NCBI GenBank assembly: GCA_964511835.1
Contig: CAZEII010000019.1
Location: 1,288-65,287 of the forward strand
Direction of reading: 5' to 3'
Source of the DNA: an uncultured Acidobacteriota bacterium
GTDB lineage: Bacteria > Acidobacteriota > Polarisedimenticolia > Polarisedimenticolales > DASRJG01
Length of the DNA: 64,000 nt
In this document: positions 54,053 through 62,724 of the stretch, piece after piece
Layout of the letters: each line of letters begins with the position of its first letter
Numbering within the stretch: position 1 is the stretch's first letter
Made by a program: the position numbers and the translations under genes
Notes under the pieces: model-generated
Database searches by the model: none
What the model was told of the DNA's origin: nothing
Seen by the model: only the letters and a program-made list of their open reading frames with translations

Positions 54053-56416
54053 CTACGTGCCGCGAGGCTTGGGCCGGTGCGTCGGCATCGCGGTCCAAGG
54101 GTCCTCCGGCCAGGGGTGTCTCGGGTAGCGCGCGCGAAGCTCCCTGCGGACCTCGGGGTAGGTCCGCTCCCAGAAGCTCCGGAGATCCCGCGTGGTCTGC
54201 ACCGGTCTTCCGGAGGGGGCCAAGAGCTCGAAGACCAAAGGCTCCCGCCGCGCGCCGATGCGCGGGGACTCCGCGAGTCCGAAGAGCTCCTGGAGCTTGA
54301 CCGACGCGACGACGGAGCCGTCGTCGCGATAGGAGAGACGCGCGGTGCGGCCGCTCGGTAGCTTCAGCGACGCGGGGGCGAGCCGCTCGAGCTCGCGGAC
54401 AGCCCTCTGCGGCAGCGACGGGAGAATGGCGAGGTCGGGCAGCGTCGTGACGCCCTCGCAGGCACGCGTCGCCATCGCCAGCAGATCGATCTCGATCCCC
54501 GCGAAGCGAAGGCGCGCGGCGACGGGAATCTGGTCGGGCGTCACGCCTCGGAGGACGAACGCCCTCGTGAGCAGACGCGACGCTTCGGCCGGGTCGACCG
54601 GCGCCGTCCGCTCGGCGATGACGAGACCACCGACGCGCTCCACGGCCAGGGCGGTCACAGCACCGGTCGCCGGATCGAACCGATGCTCGATCGATCGCGC
54701 CGGTTCCGGAAGCCACTCGCGCTCGAGGCGGCTCGCCAGACGGACGCGCGCCTCGGCGCCGGGGCCGCGCGCGCCGGCCTCGACATCCAGGGCCAGGAGG
54801 AACTCTCCGTCGACGACGACGCTCTCATGGTCGAGCACGCCGCCGTGACCTGACGCTAGCAGGACGCGCCGAGACCCGGGCGATCGCCGTCGCGCGAGCC
54901 GGTCGGGGAACCCGGCGAGAAGCGCCCGTCGAACGATCGTCTCTCCATCGGCGCCCTCGATGCGAGCCGCCGAGGCGGCCGCGGCATGCGCAGGATCGTC
55001 GAGGAGCCTCCTCGCCGCCTCCGCGATCTCCTGCGCGGCCCGGCGAACGGGAGGAGGCGCTGAGTCCAGACGGTCGGCGCGCACGACGACGTCGGACGAT
55101 CCGGAGAGGAGCTTGCCCTCCGGCACGAATCGCTCCGACAGAACGGCGCAGGCCGCGGCGGCGAGCGCCGAGCCTCCCGCGGCGACCGAGACTCGGGCGA
55201 GGCGCGGCGGCACCGGGAGCCGTCGAAGCAGATCGCCGAGCGGCGTCATCCGGTCGCCGTCCACCGCTCCGAGCTGCCTCAAGAGGTCCATCGCCGCGTC
55301 GACCCTCTCGGCGGGAGGCGATTCGTACCAGTCGAACGTCGCGGGATGCCCGCCCCACGCGAGGACCTCGAGAACGGGCGGAGTCAGATCGACCCGCGCG
55401 ATCTCGGGCTCACGGTGGGTTCGCAGCACGTCCCGCCGGTCCCAGAGGCGGAGCGCGCGCCCGGGCTCGTCGCGTCCCGCCCGGCCGGCGCGCTGGTCGG
55501 CGGAATCGAGCGAGATCCGCTCGGTCTCGAGGCGATCGAGACCGAGGGCGGCGTCGAGGCGCGGGACCTTGTGGAGGCCGGTGTCGATCACCGCCGTCAC
55601 GCCGGGAACCGTAATCGACGTCTCGGCGACATTCGTCGCGAGGATCAGCTTCCGGACGGCGGATGGGGCGAGGGCCTCGTCCTGCTCCTCCGGGGACGAA
55701 CGGCCCGTCAGCTGGAGGATGCGGCAGCCGGAGATCTCACGGCTTCCCGCGAGCGCCCGCGCGAGCTTGGCGATCTCGGGCGCGCCGGGTAGAAAGGCGA
55801 GGACGTGGCCGCCGGCGAGAGCGATCTCGGCCCGGATCGCCTCCGCCGCCGGCAGGCCCGCCGCGTGCTCGATCGAGACCGGATGCGCGCGCCCCTCCGC
55901 GCGGATGACGTGCGCCCCGCCGAGAAAACGCGCCACGGGATCGGCGTCGAGCGTCGCCGACATCACGACGATGCTCAAATCTCCGCGGGCGAGCCAGGCC
56001 TGCCGCGCGAGCGCGAGCGCGAGATCGGCGTGGAGGCTCCGCTCGTGGAATTCGTCGATGATGATGGTGCGAAAGCGCGAGAGCAGGGGATCGGACTGCA
56101 GGCGTGCGGTCAGGATCCCTTCGGTCGCGACGAGCACGCGGGTGGACGGCACGAACTTCCGCTCGAAGCGGACCTGCCAGCCGACCTCGCGCCCCAGAGT
56201 CCAGCCCCGCTCGTCCGCGATCCGCCGCGCGAGCGAGCGCGCCGCCAATCGCCGAGGCTGCAGGACGATGACCGGGCCGTCTTCCGCGAGAGCGGGCGGC
56301 ACGCGCGTCGTCTTTCCGGCTCCCGGGGGCGCCACGACCACGGCGACGCGATCGGCGCGAACCCGGTCGCGGATCGAGCCGAGATGGGCATCGATCGGAA
56401 GGAGCTCGAGCGTCAA
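54053..56416 (-). CDS. hrpB: ATP-dependent DEAH-box helicase HrpB
   Basis: 787-aa ORF with motifs APPGAGKTTRVP, IIDEFHERS, ATNVAETSITVPGV and QRAGRAGR, plus the C-terminal HrpB domain. Confidence 0.9.
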   Translation of the reverse strand: MTLELLPIDAHLGSIRDRVRADRVAVVVAPPGAGKTTRVPPALAEDGPVIVLQPRRLAARSLARRIADERGWTLGREVGWQVRFERKFVPSTRVLVATEGILTARLQSDPLLSRFRTIIIDEFHERSLHADLALALARQAWLARGDLSIVVMSATLDADPVARFLGGAHVIRAEGRAHPVSIEHAAGLPAAEAIRAEIALAGGHVLAFLPGAPEIAKLARALAGSREISGCRILQLTGRSSPEEQDEALAPSAVRKLILATNVAETSITVPGVTAVIDTGLHKVPRLDAALGLDRLETERISLDSADQRAGRAGRDEPGRALRLWDRRDVLRTHREPEIARVDLTPPVLEVLAWGGHPATFDWYESPPAERVDAAMDLLRQLGAVDGDRMTPLGDLLRRLPVPPRLARVSVAAGGSALAAAACAVLSERFVPEGKLLSGSSDVVVRADRLDSAPPPVRRAAQEIAEAARRLLDDPAHAAAASAARIEGADGETIVRRALLAGFPDRLARRRSPGSRRVLLASGHGGVLDHESVVVDGEFLLALDVEAGARGPGAEARVRLASRLEREWLPEPARSIEHRFDPATGAVTALAVERVGGLVIAERTAPVDPAEASRLLTRAFVLRGVTPDQIPVAARLRFAGIEIDLLAMATRACEGVTTLPDLAILPSLPQRAVRELERLAPASLKLPSGRTARLSYRDDGSVVASVKLQELFGLAESPRIGARREPLVFELLAPSGRPVQTTRDLRSFWERTYPEVRRELRARYPRHPWPEDPWTAMPTHRPKPRGT

Positions 56417-56423
56417 GGCGAGA

Positions 56424-57626
56424 TCATCGCGGCGGCAGCTTCGCCAAGATGGCCTCCGTCATCGCGCGCGTGCCGGCGGCTCCGCGCGCGAGAACGTCGG
56501 GCGCCGCCCGCATCCCGAGCATGTCGTAGGTGCGCACGCGCCCCTCCTCGACGACCGACGCCACGGCCTCTCGAATCCGGGCCGCGACCTCGGGGGCACC
56601 GCCGTGCTCGGCGAGAAGCGCTCCCGCCAGGATCGCCGCGACCGGGTTGACGATGGGATCCTCGAGCGTGGCGTGAGACGGCGCGGAGCCGTGGGTCGGC
56701 TCGAAGATCGCCACTTCGTCGCCCAGATTGGCGGAGCACGCGAAGCCGGGTCCCCCCGTCAGCCCCGCGACGGCATCCGACACGAGATCACCGAACAGAT
56801 TCGACGCGACGATCACGCGAAAGGCTTCCGGGCGGCGCGCGAGGTCCATGAGGAGCGCGTCGATGTTGACGACGGACAAGCCGACCCGCGGCCACTCGCG
56901 GTGGACGTCGCGGGCAACCTCTTCGAAGAGCCCCGACGTCTCCCGCAGGACGTTCGGCTTCTCGGCGAGCGTCACGGTCGGAAGGCCGCGCTCCGCGGCG
57001 TGGCGGAAGGCGGCATGCGCGATCCGGCGGCACGCGTCGCGCGTGACGATGCGGACGGTGATCGCGAGGTCCGGACCGGCGACGCCGGCGAACGGCGCGA
57101 ATCTCGCGTGGAGCGCCAGCGCGCGGCGCACCTCCACCGGGGGATCGGTCCACTCGACGCCCGCGTAGAGCCCCTCTGTGTTCTGCCGGAAAACGACGAT
57201 GTCGAGAAGGGGCTCCTCGACCGATCCGTCAGCGCGGCGGCGCACGAAGTTGACGGGATTCCCCGGGTAGCTCCGGCAGGGCCGCACGCAGACGTCCTGG
57301 CCGAAATGTTGCCGGAGCGCCAAGACCGGGCTCGCGTACTTGATCGCGCGCCCGCGCAGCGCGGCCGGAAGCTCCGCTTCGGCGGCGGCGGCGGGTTTCG
57401 ACGTGATCGCCCCCAACAGGCCGAGCTTGTGCCGGGCGAGGAGCTCGACGGTCCGCGCGGGGAGCGGATTCCCGTCTCGCGTCCAGCAGCTCCATCCGAT
57501 CTCCGCCGTCACGTACTCGGCTTCCAAACCGGCCGCCGCGAGCACGCGGACCGCTTCGGGAACGACGATCGCGCCGATGCCGTCCCCCGGCATGACGACG
57601 ACGGTTCGCTTCGCGCTACGCGTCAT
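56424..57626 (-). CDS. Isocitrate/isopropylmalate/homoisocitrate dehydrogenase family protein
   Basis: Track ORF 56424..57656. The likely start is ATG 57626 (MTRSAKRTVVVMPGDGIG). Family motifs are present: NLFGDLVSD and HGSAP. Confidence 0.8.
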   Translation of the reverse strand: MTRSAKRTVVVMPGDGIGAIVVPEAVRVLAAAGLEAEYVTAEIGWSCWTRDGNPLPARTVELLARHKLGLLGAITSKPAAAAEAELPAALRGRAIKYASPVLALRQHFGQDVCVRPCRSYPGNPVNFVRRRADGSVEEPLLDIVVFRQNTEGLYAGVEWTDPPVEVRRALALHARFAPFAGVAGPDLAITVRIVTRDACRRIAHAAFRHAAERGLPTVTLAEKPNVLRETSGLFEEVARDVHREWPRVGLSVVNIDALLMDLARRPEAFRVIVASNLFGDLVSDAVAGLTGGPGFACSANLGDEVAIFEPTHGSAPSHATLEDPIVNPVAAILAGALLAEHGGAPEVAARIREAVASVVEEGRVRTYDMLGMRAAPDVLARGAAGTRAMTEAILAKLPPR

Positions 57627-59409
57627 CGCGCTTGATCCTCTCGAAAAGGAACGCATCGAGCCCGCCCGCGCCGATCAGCTCGCGCGCGACCGACGGAAGC
57701 CAGCCGAGATCGACGGCGATCGTCTCGCTGGTGAAGAGCGCTTCGGACGACTCGCCGGGGATGCGCGACCGCAGCGAGCGAACGAACTCCGGGCGCTCGA
57801 CGGCGGGAAAGCCGTTGTTCCAGGCGTTGCGCCGGAACGTCGCGGAAAGGCTCTCGGCGACGACCGCGGCGATCCCGGCGGCGCGGAGCGCGGTGACCGC
57901 CTGCTCGCGACTGGAGCCGGTGCCGAAACGGCTTCCGACGACGAGCACGTCGCCGGGGCGCACACGCGCGGCGAAGGCGGGATCGATCGAGCCGAACAGC
58001 GCGCGGGCCAGCTCTCCGCGCGACGCGCCGTCGGCGTAAACCAGCCGAGCGGGACACAGCGCGTCGGTGTCGATCCCGTCGCGGAGGAACAGGACGAGCC
58101 GCCCTCGGATCGTCTCCGAGCTCTTCGATCCCGCCTCGAGGACCTCCGGCGACGCGATCGTGTGCTTGCGGATGCTTCGTGCGGGAGCCCTCGGGGATGA
58201 ATCCCCAGGGCCGCAGATGAATCCGGCGGCCGCCGAGGCCGCGACGACGGCGGGGCTCGCGAGATAGCAGCGTGCCTCGGGCGATCCCATCCTCCCTTTG
58301 AAGTTCCGGTTGGACGCGCTGATCCCGGTTTCCCCCGGCGCGAGAAGCCCGGCGCCCAGGCCGATGCAAGGGCCGCACCCCGACGGCAGCGGCACCGCTC
58401 CCGCGTCGAGGAGCGTGCGCCACGCGCCGCTCTCCTCGGCCGCTCGCTGCACGTCGGCGCTCGCCGCCGTGACGTAGAGCGAGACGGTGGGCGCCACGCG
58501 CCGGCCGCGAAGCACCGCGGCCGCCGCGTCGAGATCCGACAAGCGCCCGTTCGCGCACGAGACCAGGTAGGCCTTCTGGATCGCGATTCGATCCTTCTCG
58601 AGGTCGGTCACGGGCGTCGCCCGGGTCAAAGTGTCCGGGCCGGCGACGTGGGGGGAGATCTCGCCGAGATCGAGCGCGATCGTGGCCGCGTAGGCCGCGT
58701 TCCCCGGCGGCGCGGGGCGATCGACGAACGCGCCGGCGACGGCGCCCCACTCGGTCGTCAGGTTCGACATCGTGATCCGGTCGTCGAGAGGAAGCGCCGC
58801 GGCTCCCGGCCCGTCGAATTCGACCGCGGCGCCCAGGGCGTCGTCCGGGTAGAGCGCGCATAACACCAGCGCGGCATCCTTTCCCGTCGCACCTTGCGCC
58901 AGCCGTCCCGTGAGGACGACGCGAACGCTCCGCGGGACCTCCCACCAGAACATGCCCGAGGCCCAGATCCCTGCGGCATCCGAGCGCGTGACCGCGACCC
59001 CGAGCGCGCCCAACGCGCCGTAGGTGTTCGCGTGAGAGTCCGCGGCGACGCAGAGCTCGCCGGGTCGCACGTGGCCACGGTCGATCATCACCTGGTGGCC
59101 GATCCCGCTCCCGGCCGGATGGAATTCGATCCCTTGCTCGCTCGCGAACGCTTCGATCGCGGCGTACTTGGCGAGGTTCGCCGGCGAGCCGTTCTGGATG
59201 TCGTGATCGAGAACGATGACACAGCGTTCGGGACAGAAGACGCGAGCCGCTCCCATCTTGCGGAATCGCGCGAGGACGGCGGAGCTGTTGTCGTGGGTCA
59301 TCAGGCGCGCGGGACGGAGCCAGACGACGTCCCCCGCACGCGCCGGCCGGCCGTCGTTCCCGCGAAAGGCGTGTCTCGAGACGACGGCTTCGACGAACGT
59401 GCCGGACAT
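57616..59409 (-). CDS. Aconitase-family dehydratase with fused large and small (LeuC/LeuD- or HacA/HacB-like) domains
   Basis: 597-aa ORF. The large domain has MTHDNS, VLDHD, ADSHANTYGALGA, and the cluster Cys residues SCANGR and GCGPCIGLG. The C-terminal ~170 aa are a swivel domain (GSRFGTGSSREQAV). Confidence 0.8.
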   Translation of the reverse strand: MSGTFVEAVVSRHAFRGNDGRPARAGDVVWLRPARLMTHDNSSAVLARFRKMGAARVFCPERCVIVLDHDIQNGSPANLAKYAAIEAFASEQGIEFHPAGSGIGHQVMIDRGHVRPGELCVAADSHANTYGALGALGVAVTRSDAAGIWASGMFWWEVPRSVRVVLTGRLAQGATGKDAALVLCALYPDDALGAAVEFDGPGAAALPLDDRITMSNLTTEWGAVAGAFVDRPAPPGNAAYAATIALDLGEISPHVAGPDTLTRATPVTDLEKDRIAIQKAYLVSCANGRLSDLDAAAAVLRGRRVAPTVSLYVTAASADVQRAAEESGAWRTLLDAGAVPLPSGCGPCIGLGAGLLAPGETGISASNRNFKGRMGSPEARCYLASPAVVAASAAAGFICGPGDSSPRAPARSIRKHTIASPEVLEAGSKSSETIRGRLVLFLRDGIDTDALCPARLVYADGASRGELARALFGSIDPAFAARVRPGDVLVVGSRFGTGSSREQAVTALRAAGIAAVVAESLSATFRRNAWNNGFPAVERPEFVRSLRSRIPGESSEALFTSETIAVDLGWLPSVARELIGAGGLDAFLFERIKRDDA

Positions 59410-59443
59410 CGATCCGAGTATAGGCGGGAGGACGCTTCGGCGG

Positions 59444-60382
59444 TCAGCGGGCGAACGCGACGAGGGTGACCATCAGCGCCGCGAGCCAGGCGATCGAGTA
59501 GAGCATCGTGCGGCGAGCCCACGCCCCTTCGATCGGCCCGACGACGCCGCGCCGTGCGAACGCGAGGAAGCCCGCACCCAAGCAGGCCGCGGACACGGTG
59601 TACGCGGTGCCCGCCAGCGCGAGCGGCTGAGCGAGAAGGCTCACGGCGACCAGCGCGACGGTGTAGAGGGCCAGCCATCGCGCGGCGATCGTTCGTCCGC
59701 GCTCGACCGTGAGCACCTTCAGCCCGCCGCGACGGTAGTCCTCCTCGAGATAGATCGCGATCGCGAGGAAGTGCGGGATCTGCCAGAAGAAAAGGATCCC
59801 GAACAGGAACCAGCCGGGGAGCGAGAGCGTCCCGGTCGCCGCTGTCCATCCCATCAGCGGCGGGATCGCGCCGGGGATCGCCCCGACCTCGAGGGCCCAG
59901 GGCGAAATCCGCTTGAGCGGCGTGTAAACGAGGATGTAGGTGGCGTGGGCGATGGCGCCCAGGAGCGCCGTCAAGGGATTGATCGCCAGCGCGAGGATGG
60001 GAATCGCGAACGCCCCGCAGCCGATCCCCAGCGCGAACGCCGTCCACGGGTCGAGCCGGCCCGCCGGGAGCGGGCGGTGGCGCGTGCGCAGCATCAGCCC
60101 GTCGGTCTCCCGCTCGAACCAGCAGTTCAGCACGTTCGCCGATCCGACGAGGAGGGCGGTGCCGAGCAGCAAGAGCACGGTGCGCGCGGCGCCGATCGAC
60201 GCGGGGGCGAGCCACGACCCCATCGCCGTCGTGAAGACCACCATCGACGTGATGCGCGGCTTCGCGAGGTCCAGGACGTCGCGCACGGTCGCGATCGAGA
60301 GCGTCCCGGCCGGGAAGACATCCGCCAGGGCGTCGGCGACGCTCGGATCGGAGGAGATCGACGGGGATTCGACCGGGTTCAC
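59444..60382 (-). CDS. ctaB: Protoheme IX farnesyltransferase (heme O synthase)
   Basis: 312-aa polytopic UbiA-family ORF with NCWFERETDGLMLRTRHRPLPAGR and YTPLKR motifs. Confidence 0.85.
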   Translation of the reverse strand: MNPVESPSISSDPSVADALADVFPAGTLSIATVRDVLDLAKPRITSMVVFTTAMGSWLAPASIGAARTVLLLLGTALLVGSANVLNCWFERETDGLMLRTRHRPLPAGRLDPWTAFALGIGCGAFAIPILALAINPLTALLGAIAHATYILVYTPLKRISPWALEVGAIPGAIPPLMGWTAATGTLSLPGWFLFGILFFWQIPHFLAIAIYLEEDYRRGGLKVLTVERGRTIAARWLALYTVALVAVSLLAQPLALAGTAYTVSAACLGAGFLAFARRGVVGPIEGAWARRTMLYSIAWLAALMVTLVAFAR

Positions 60383-60972
60383 GACCGGCGGATTCTAGCA
60401 GCCTCCCCGCGGGGCTCGCCGAAACCTTGGCTTTGAAACGTCGAGAGGCGCGCGCGGCGCCACGCTTCGGCGGGGAGCCCCGCCTTTCTCGCGAGCTGCG
60501 CCAGCAGGACCTCGCGCGTCCACCCGTTCTCCACGGCGACCTCCGGGAGGAAGAGGGCGCTGCCGGCGGATGTCTCGAGAGCGACCCCATCCCTTCCCAC
60601 GACGATGGCCTCGTGGCTCTCGACCGGGGACATCGCCGTCAGCACCGAAATCGAGAGAACGAGATCGGGGTACTCGTCGGTCGTGAGAGGCGGGAAGCGC
60701 GGGTCGGAGAAGGCCGCCTCGCGCGCGGCGTCGACGATCGCCTCGTGCGCGGGGCGGCGCGCCTCGACGGAGCCGACGCACCCACGGAGCTGAAGCCCCC
60801 CGGAGGCGTCGGGAAGCTTGAGCGTCACGAAGCAAGCGCGCAGCTCCGCGAGGGCGGGCGTCAGCACCATCGTCGCCCGCATCGTCGAGAGAACGTCGTT
60901 CTCGAACAGCCGCTGTTCGATCGCCGCGCGCGCGAGCGCGAGCAGGGTCGCCCCTTCATCGTCCGTCAGCAT
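60379..60972 (-). CDS. AMMECR1 domain protein (AmmeMemoRadiSam system protein A-like)
   Basis: The start is the internal ATG 60972 of track ORF 60379..61137. It has LRGCVGS, SDPRFPPL and LFLPEVA motifs. Its stop overlaps the ctaB start by 4 nt. Confidence 0.8.
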   Translation of the reverse strand: MLTDDEGATLLALARAAIEQRLFENDVLSTMRATMVLTPALAELRACFVTLKLPDASGGLQLRGCVGSVEARRPAHEAIVDAAREAAFSDPRFPPLTTDEYPDLVLSISVLTAMSPVESHEAIVVGRDGVALETSAGSALFLPEVAVENGWTREVLLAQLARKAGLPAEAWRRARLSTFQSQGFGEPRGEAARIRRS

Positions 60973-60977
60973 CGGGA

Positions 60978-61859
60978 TCACCGCGCCACTCCCGCCGTCG
61001 GCATCGCGATCGACGCGTAGGAGACCGAGTGATCCCAATCCCCGGTCATCCGCCCCGAGGCGTCGTAAGCGACGAGCCTCGCCCCGCCGCCCGCGAACGG
61101 GAGACGAAGGAGAACGTCGATCGCGCGACGGCCGCAAATCGTCGCCCCGGTCGCCTCGACGTAGCGGGCGAACGCCCCCGCGTCGCCCGCCTCGATGGCG
61201 TCGATCGCGCCGCGATCCAGCTCGCGGATGCGTCGTGGGACGTCGTCGGTGAAGGGAACGTAGCCGAAGCGACGGCCGTAGTGCGTGAAATCGGAGGAGA
61301 CGACGACGAGCGTGTTCGCGTCGAGCAGGGGACCGACGGCGGTCGCGACGAGCGCGGCGTCGTCCGGCGCGGCTCCCCCGCCCATCAGGACCGGGACGAT
61401 CGCAACGTCGCTCCCGAGCACCCGCTGCAGGAAGGGGAGCTCGGCTTCGAGCGCATGCTCGGGCTCGAACACGCGGTCGTCCGCGCGAAAGCCCGGGACA
61501 TCCGAGAGCGCGAGAACCGATTCACGATCGATCGGCGCATCTCCGAGCGGCGTTCGATAGACCGCCGCCTCGCTGGGGACCGCGGCGCCGCGAAAGCCGA
61601 AGTAGTGGCTCGGTCCGATGACGAGAGTCCGCGTGAAGCGACGCCCCCGAAGATTCCGGAATGCCGACGCCGCGACGCGGCCCGAATACTCGAAACCCGC
61701 GTGAGGCGCGATCAGCGCGGCGGTCGCGCCCTCCGCGGCGGCGGGCTCGCGCTTCGCGGCGTCGTCGAGCAGCCGGTCGACCAGAGCGCCGAGCTCGTAG
61801 CGGTTCGCGGGGTACCAGCTCCCCGCGACGGCCGGGCCCAGGGCGGACGAAGATCGCAT
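60978..61859 (-). CDS. MEMO1-family protein (AmmeMemoRadiSam system protein B-like)
   Basis: 293-aa ORF with AGSWYP, APHAGFEYSG, GPSHY and SSDFTHYG motifs. Confidence 0.8.
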   Translation of the reverse strand: MRSSSALGPAVAGSWYPANRYELGALVDRLLDDAAKREPAAAEGATAALIAPHAGFEYSGRVAASAFRNLRGRRFTRTLVIGPSHYFGFRGAAVPSEAAVYRTPLGDAPIDRESVLALSDVPGFRADDRVFEPEHALEAELPFLQRVLGSDVAIVPVLMGGGAAPDDAALVATAVGPLLDANTLVVVSSDFTHYGRRFGYVPFTDDVPRRIRELDRGAIDAIEAGDAGAFARYVEATGATICGRRAIDVLLRLPFAGGGARLVAYDASGRMTGDWDHSVSYASIAMPTAGVAR

Positions 61860-61862
61860 CGT

Positions 61863-62630
61863 TCAGCCGACCCGTTCTTCGTGGGCCGCGAGCTCGCGGA
61901 CGATCGTCGCCGCGACGGCGTGAGGGGTCCGGCGGGCGGTGTCCACGACGATGTGCGCCTGCGCATAGCGGGATTCGCGGCTGGCGAGCATCGCGCGCAG
62001 CTCGGCCATCGCATCGGGATGGTCCGCCATGGGCCGCCGGTCACCCTGAGCGACGACCCGGCGCCAGTGATCCTCCGGTTGCGCGCGGAGCCAGACGACC
62101 GTCGTGCGATCGAGGAGCGCCTTCCAGGTCGATGGCTCGTTAACGACCCCTCCCGCGGCGGCCACCACCGACGCTTGGGATCGGGCGAGGATCGACTGCA
62201 CCGTCTCGCGCTCGAGCTTCCGATAGTACCGCTCGCCGTGCAGCTCGAAGATCTGATCGAGCGGCAGCCCCGCCGAGTCTTCGACGAGCGCATCCATCTC
62301 GACGAACGGAACCCGGAGCGCCGCGGCGACGAGCGGGCCCACCGTGCTCTTGCCCGCGCCGCGCATGCCCGTGAGGGCGATCACCGGCCCGCGAGGGCGA
62401 GGCCGGCGGAGGAGCGCGTCCAACGGCGTGTCGAGGGCCTCCGCGAGATCCACCAGGCGGATCAAGGAAACGTTGCCGTCACCCGTCTCGATTCGTGCGA
62501 GATAGCGGACGGAGAGACCGGAGCGTGAGGCCAGCTCCTGGCGATTCCAGCCGTGGGATTCGCGCAACCGGCGGACTCGAGACGCCAGAAGGTCGAGCGC
62601 TTCGTGAGAGGCTCGCCGAGCGGAGGGCAT
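61863..62630 (-). CDS. boxR: BzdR/BoxR-type regulator: XRE-family HTH fused to a shikimate-kinase-like domain
   Basis: Track ORF 61863..62777 is over-extended into boxC. Plausible starts are ATG 62630 (MPSARR) or 62648 (MHYSAP). The HTH reads QELASRSGLSVRYLARIETG and the P-loop reads LTGMRGAGKSTVG. It is divergent from boxC. Confidence 0.75.
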   Translation of the reverse strand: MPSARRASHEALDLLASRVRRLRESHGWNRQELASRSGLSVRYLARIETGDGNVSLIRLVDLAEALDTPLDALLRRPRPRGPVIALTGMRGAGKSTVGPLVAAALRVPFVEMDALVEDSAGLPLDQIFELHGERYYRKLERETVQSILARSQASVVAAAGGVVNEPSTWKALLDRTTVVWLRAQPEDHWRRVVAQGDRRPMADHPDAMAELRAMLASRESRYAQAHIVVDTARRTPHAVAATIVRELAAHEERVG

Positions 62631-62633
62631 GGG

Positions 62634-62647
62634 TGCACTATAGTGCA
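62634..62647. promoter_or_regulatory. Perfect 14-bp palindrome TGCACTATAGTGCA (TGCA-N6-TGCA), candidate BoxR operator 1
   Basis: Read directly from the sequence. It lies at the 5' edge of boxR and contains TATAGT on both strands. Confidence 0.5.
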
Positions 62648-62677
62648 TCGAGGATTCCCGGGCGACCCGGTATCCCG

Positions 62678-62691
62678 TGCAGTATAGTGCT
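62678..62691. promoter_or_regulatory. TGCAGTATAGTGCT, near-copy of operator 1, candidate BoxR operator 2 overlapping a -10-like TATAGT for boxC
   Basis: It lies 44 bp from box 1 (start to start) and about 34 nt upstream of the boxC start. AGGAGGA at 62712..62718 serves as the boxC RBS. Confidence 0.45.
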
Positions 62692-62724
62692 GTCCTTTCG
62701 GAGACGCCGCTAGGAGGATCCCCC

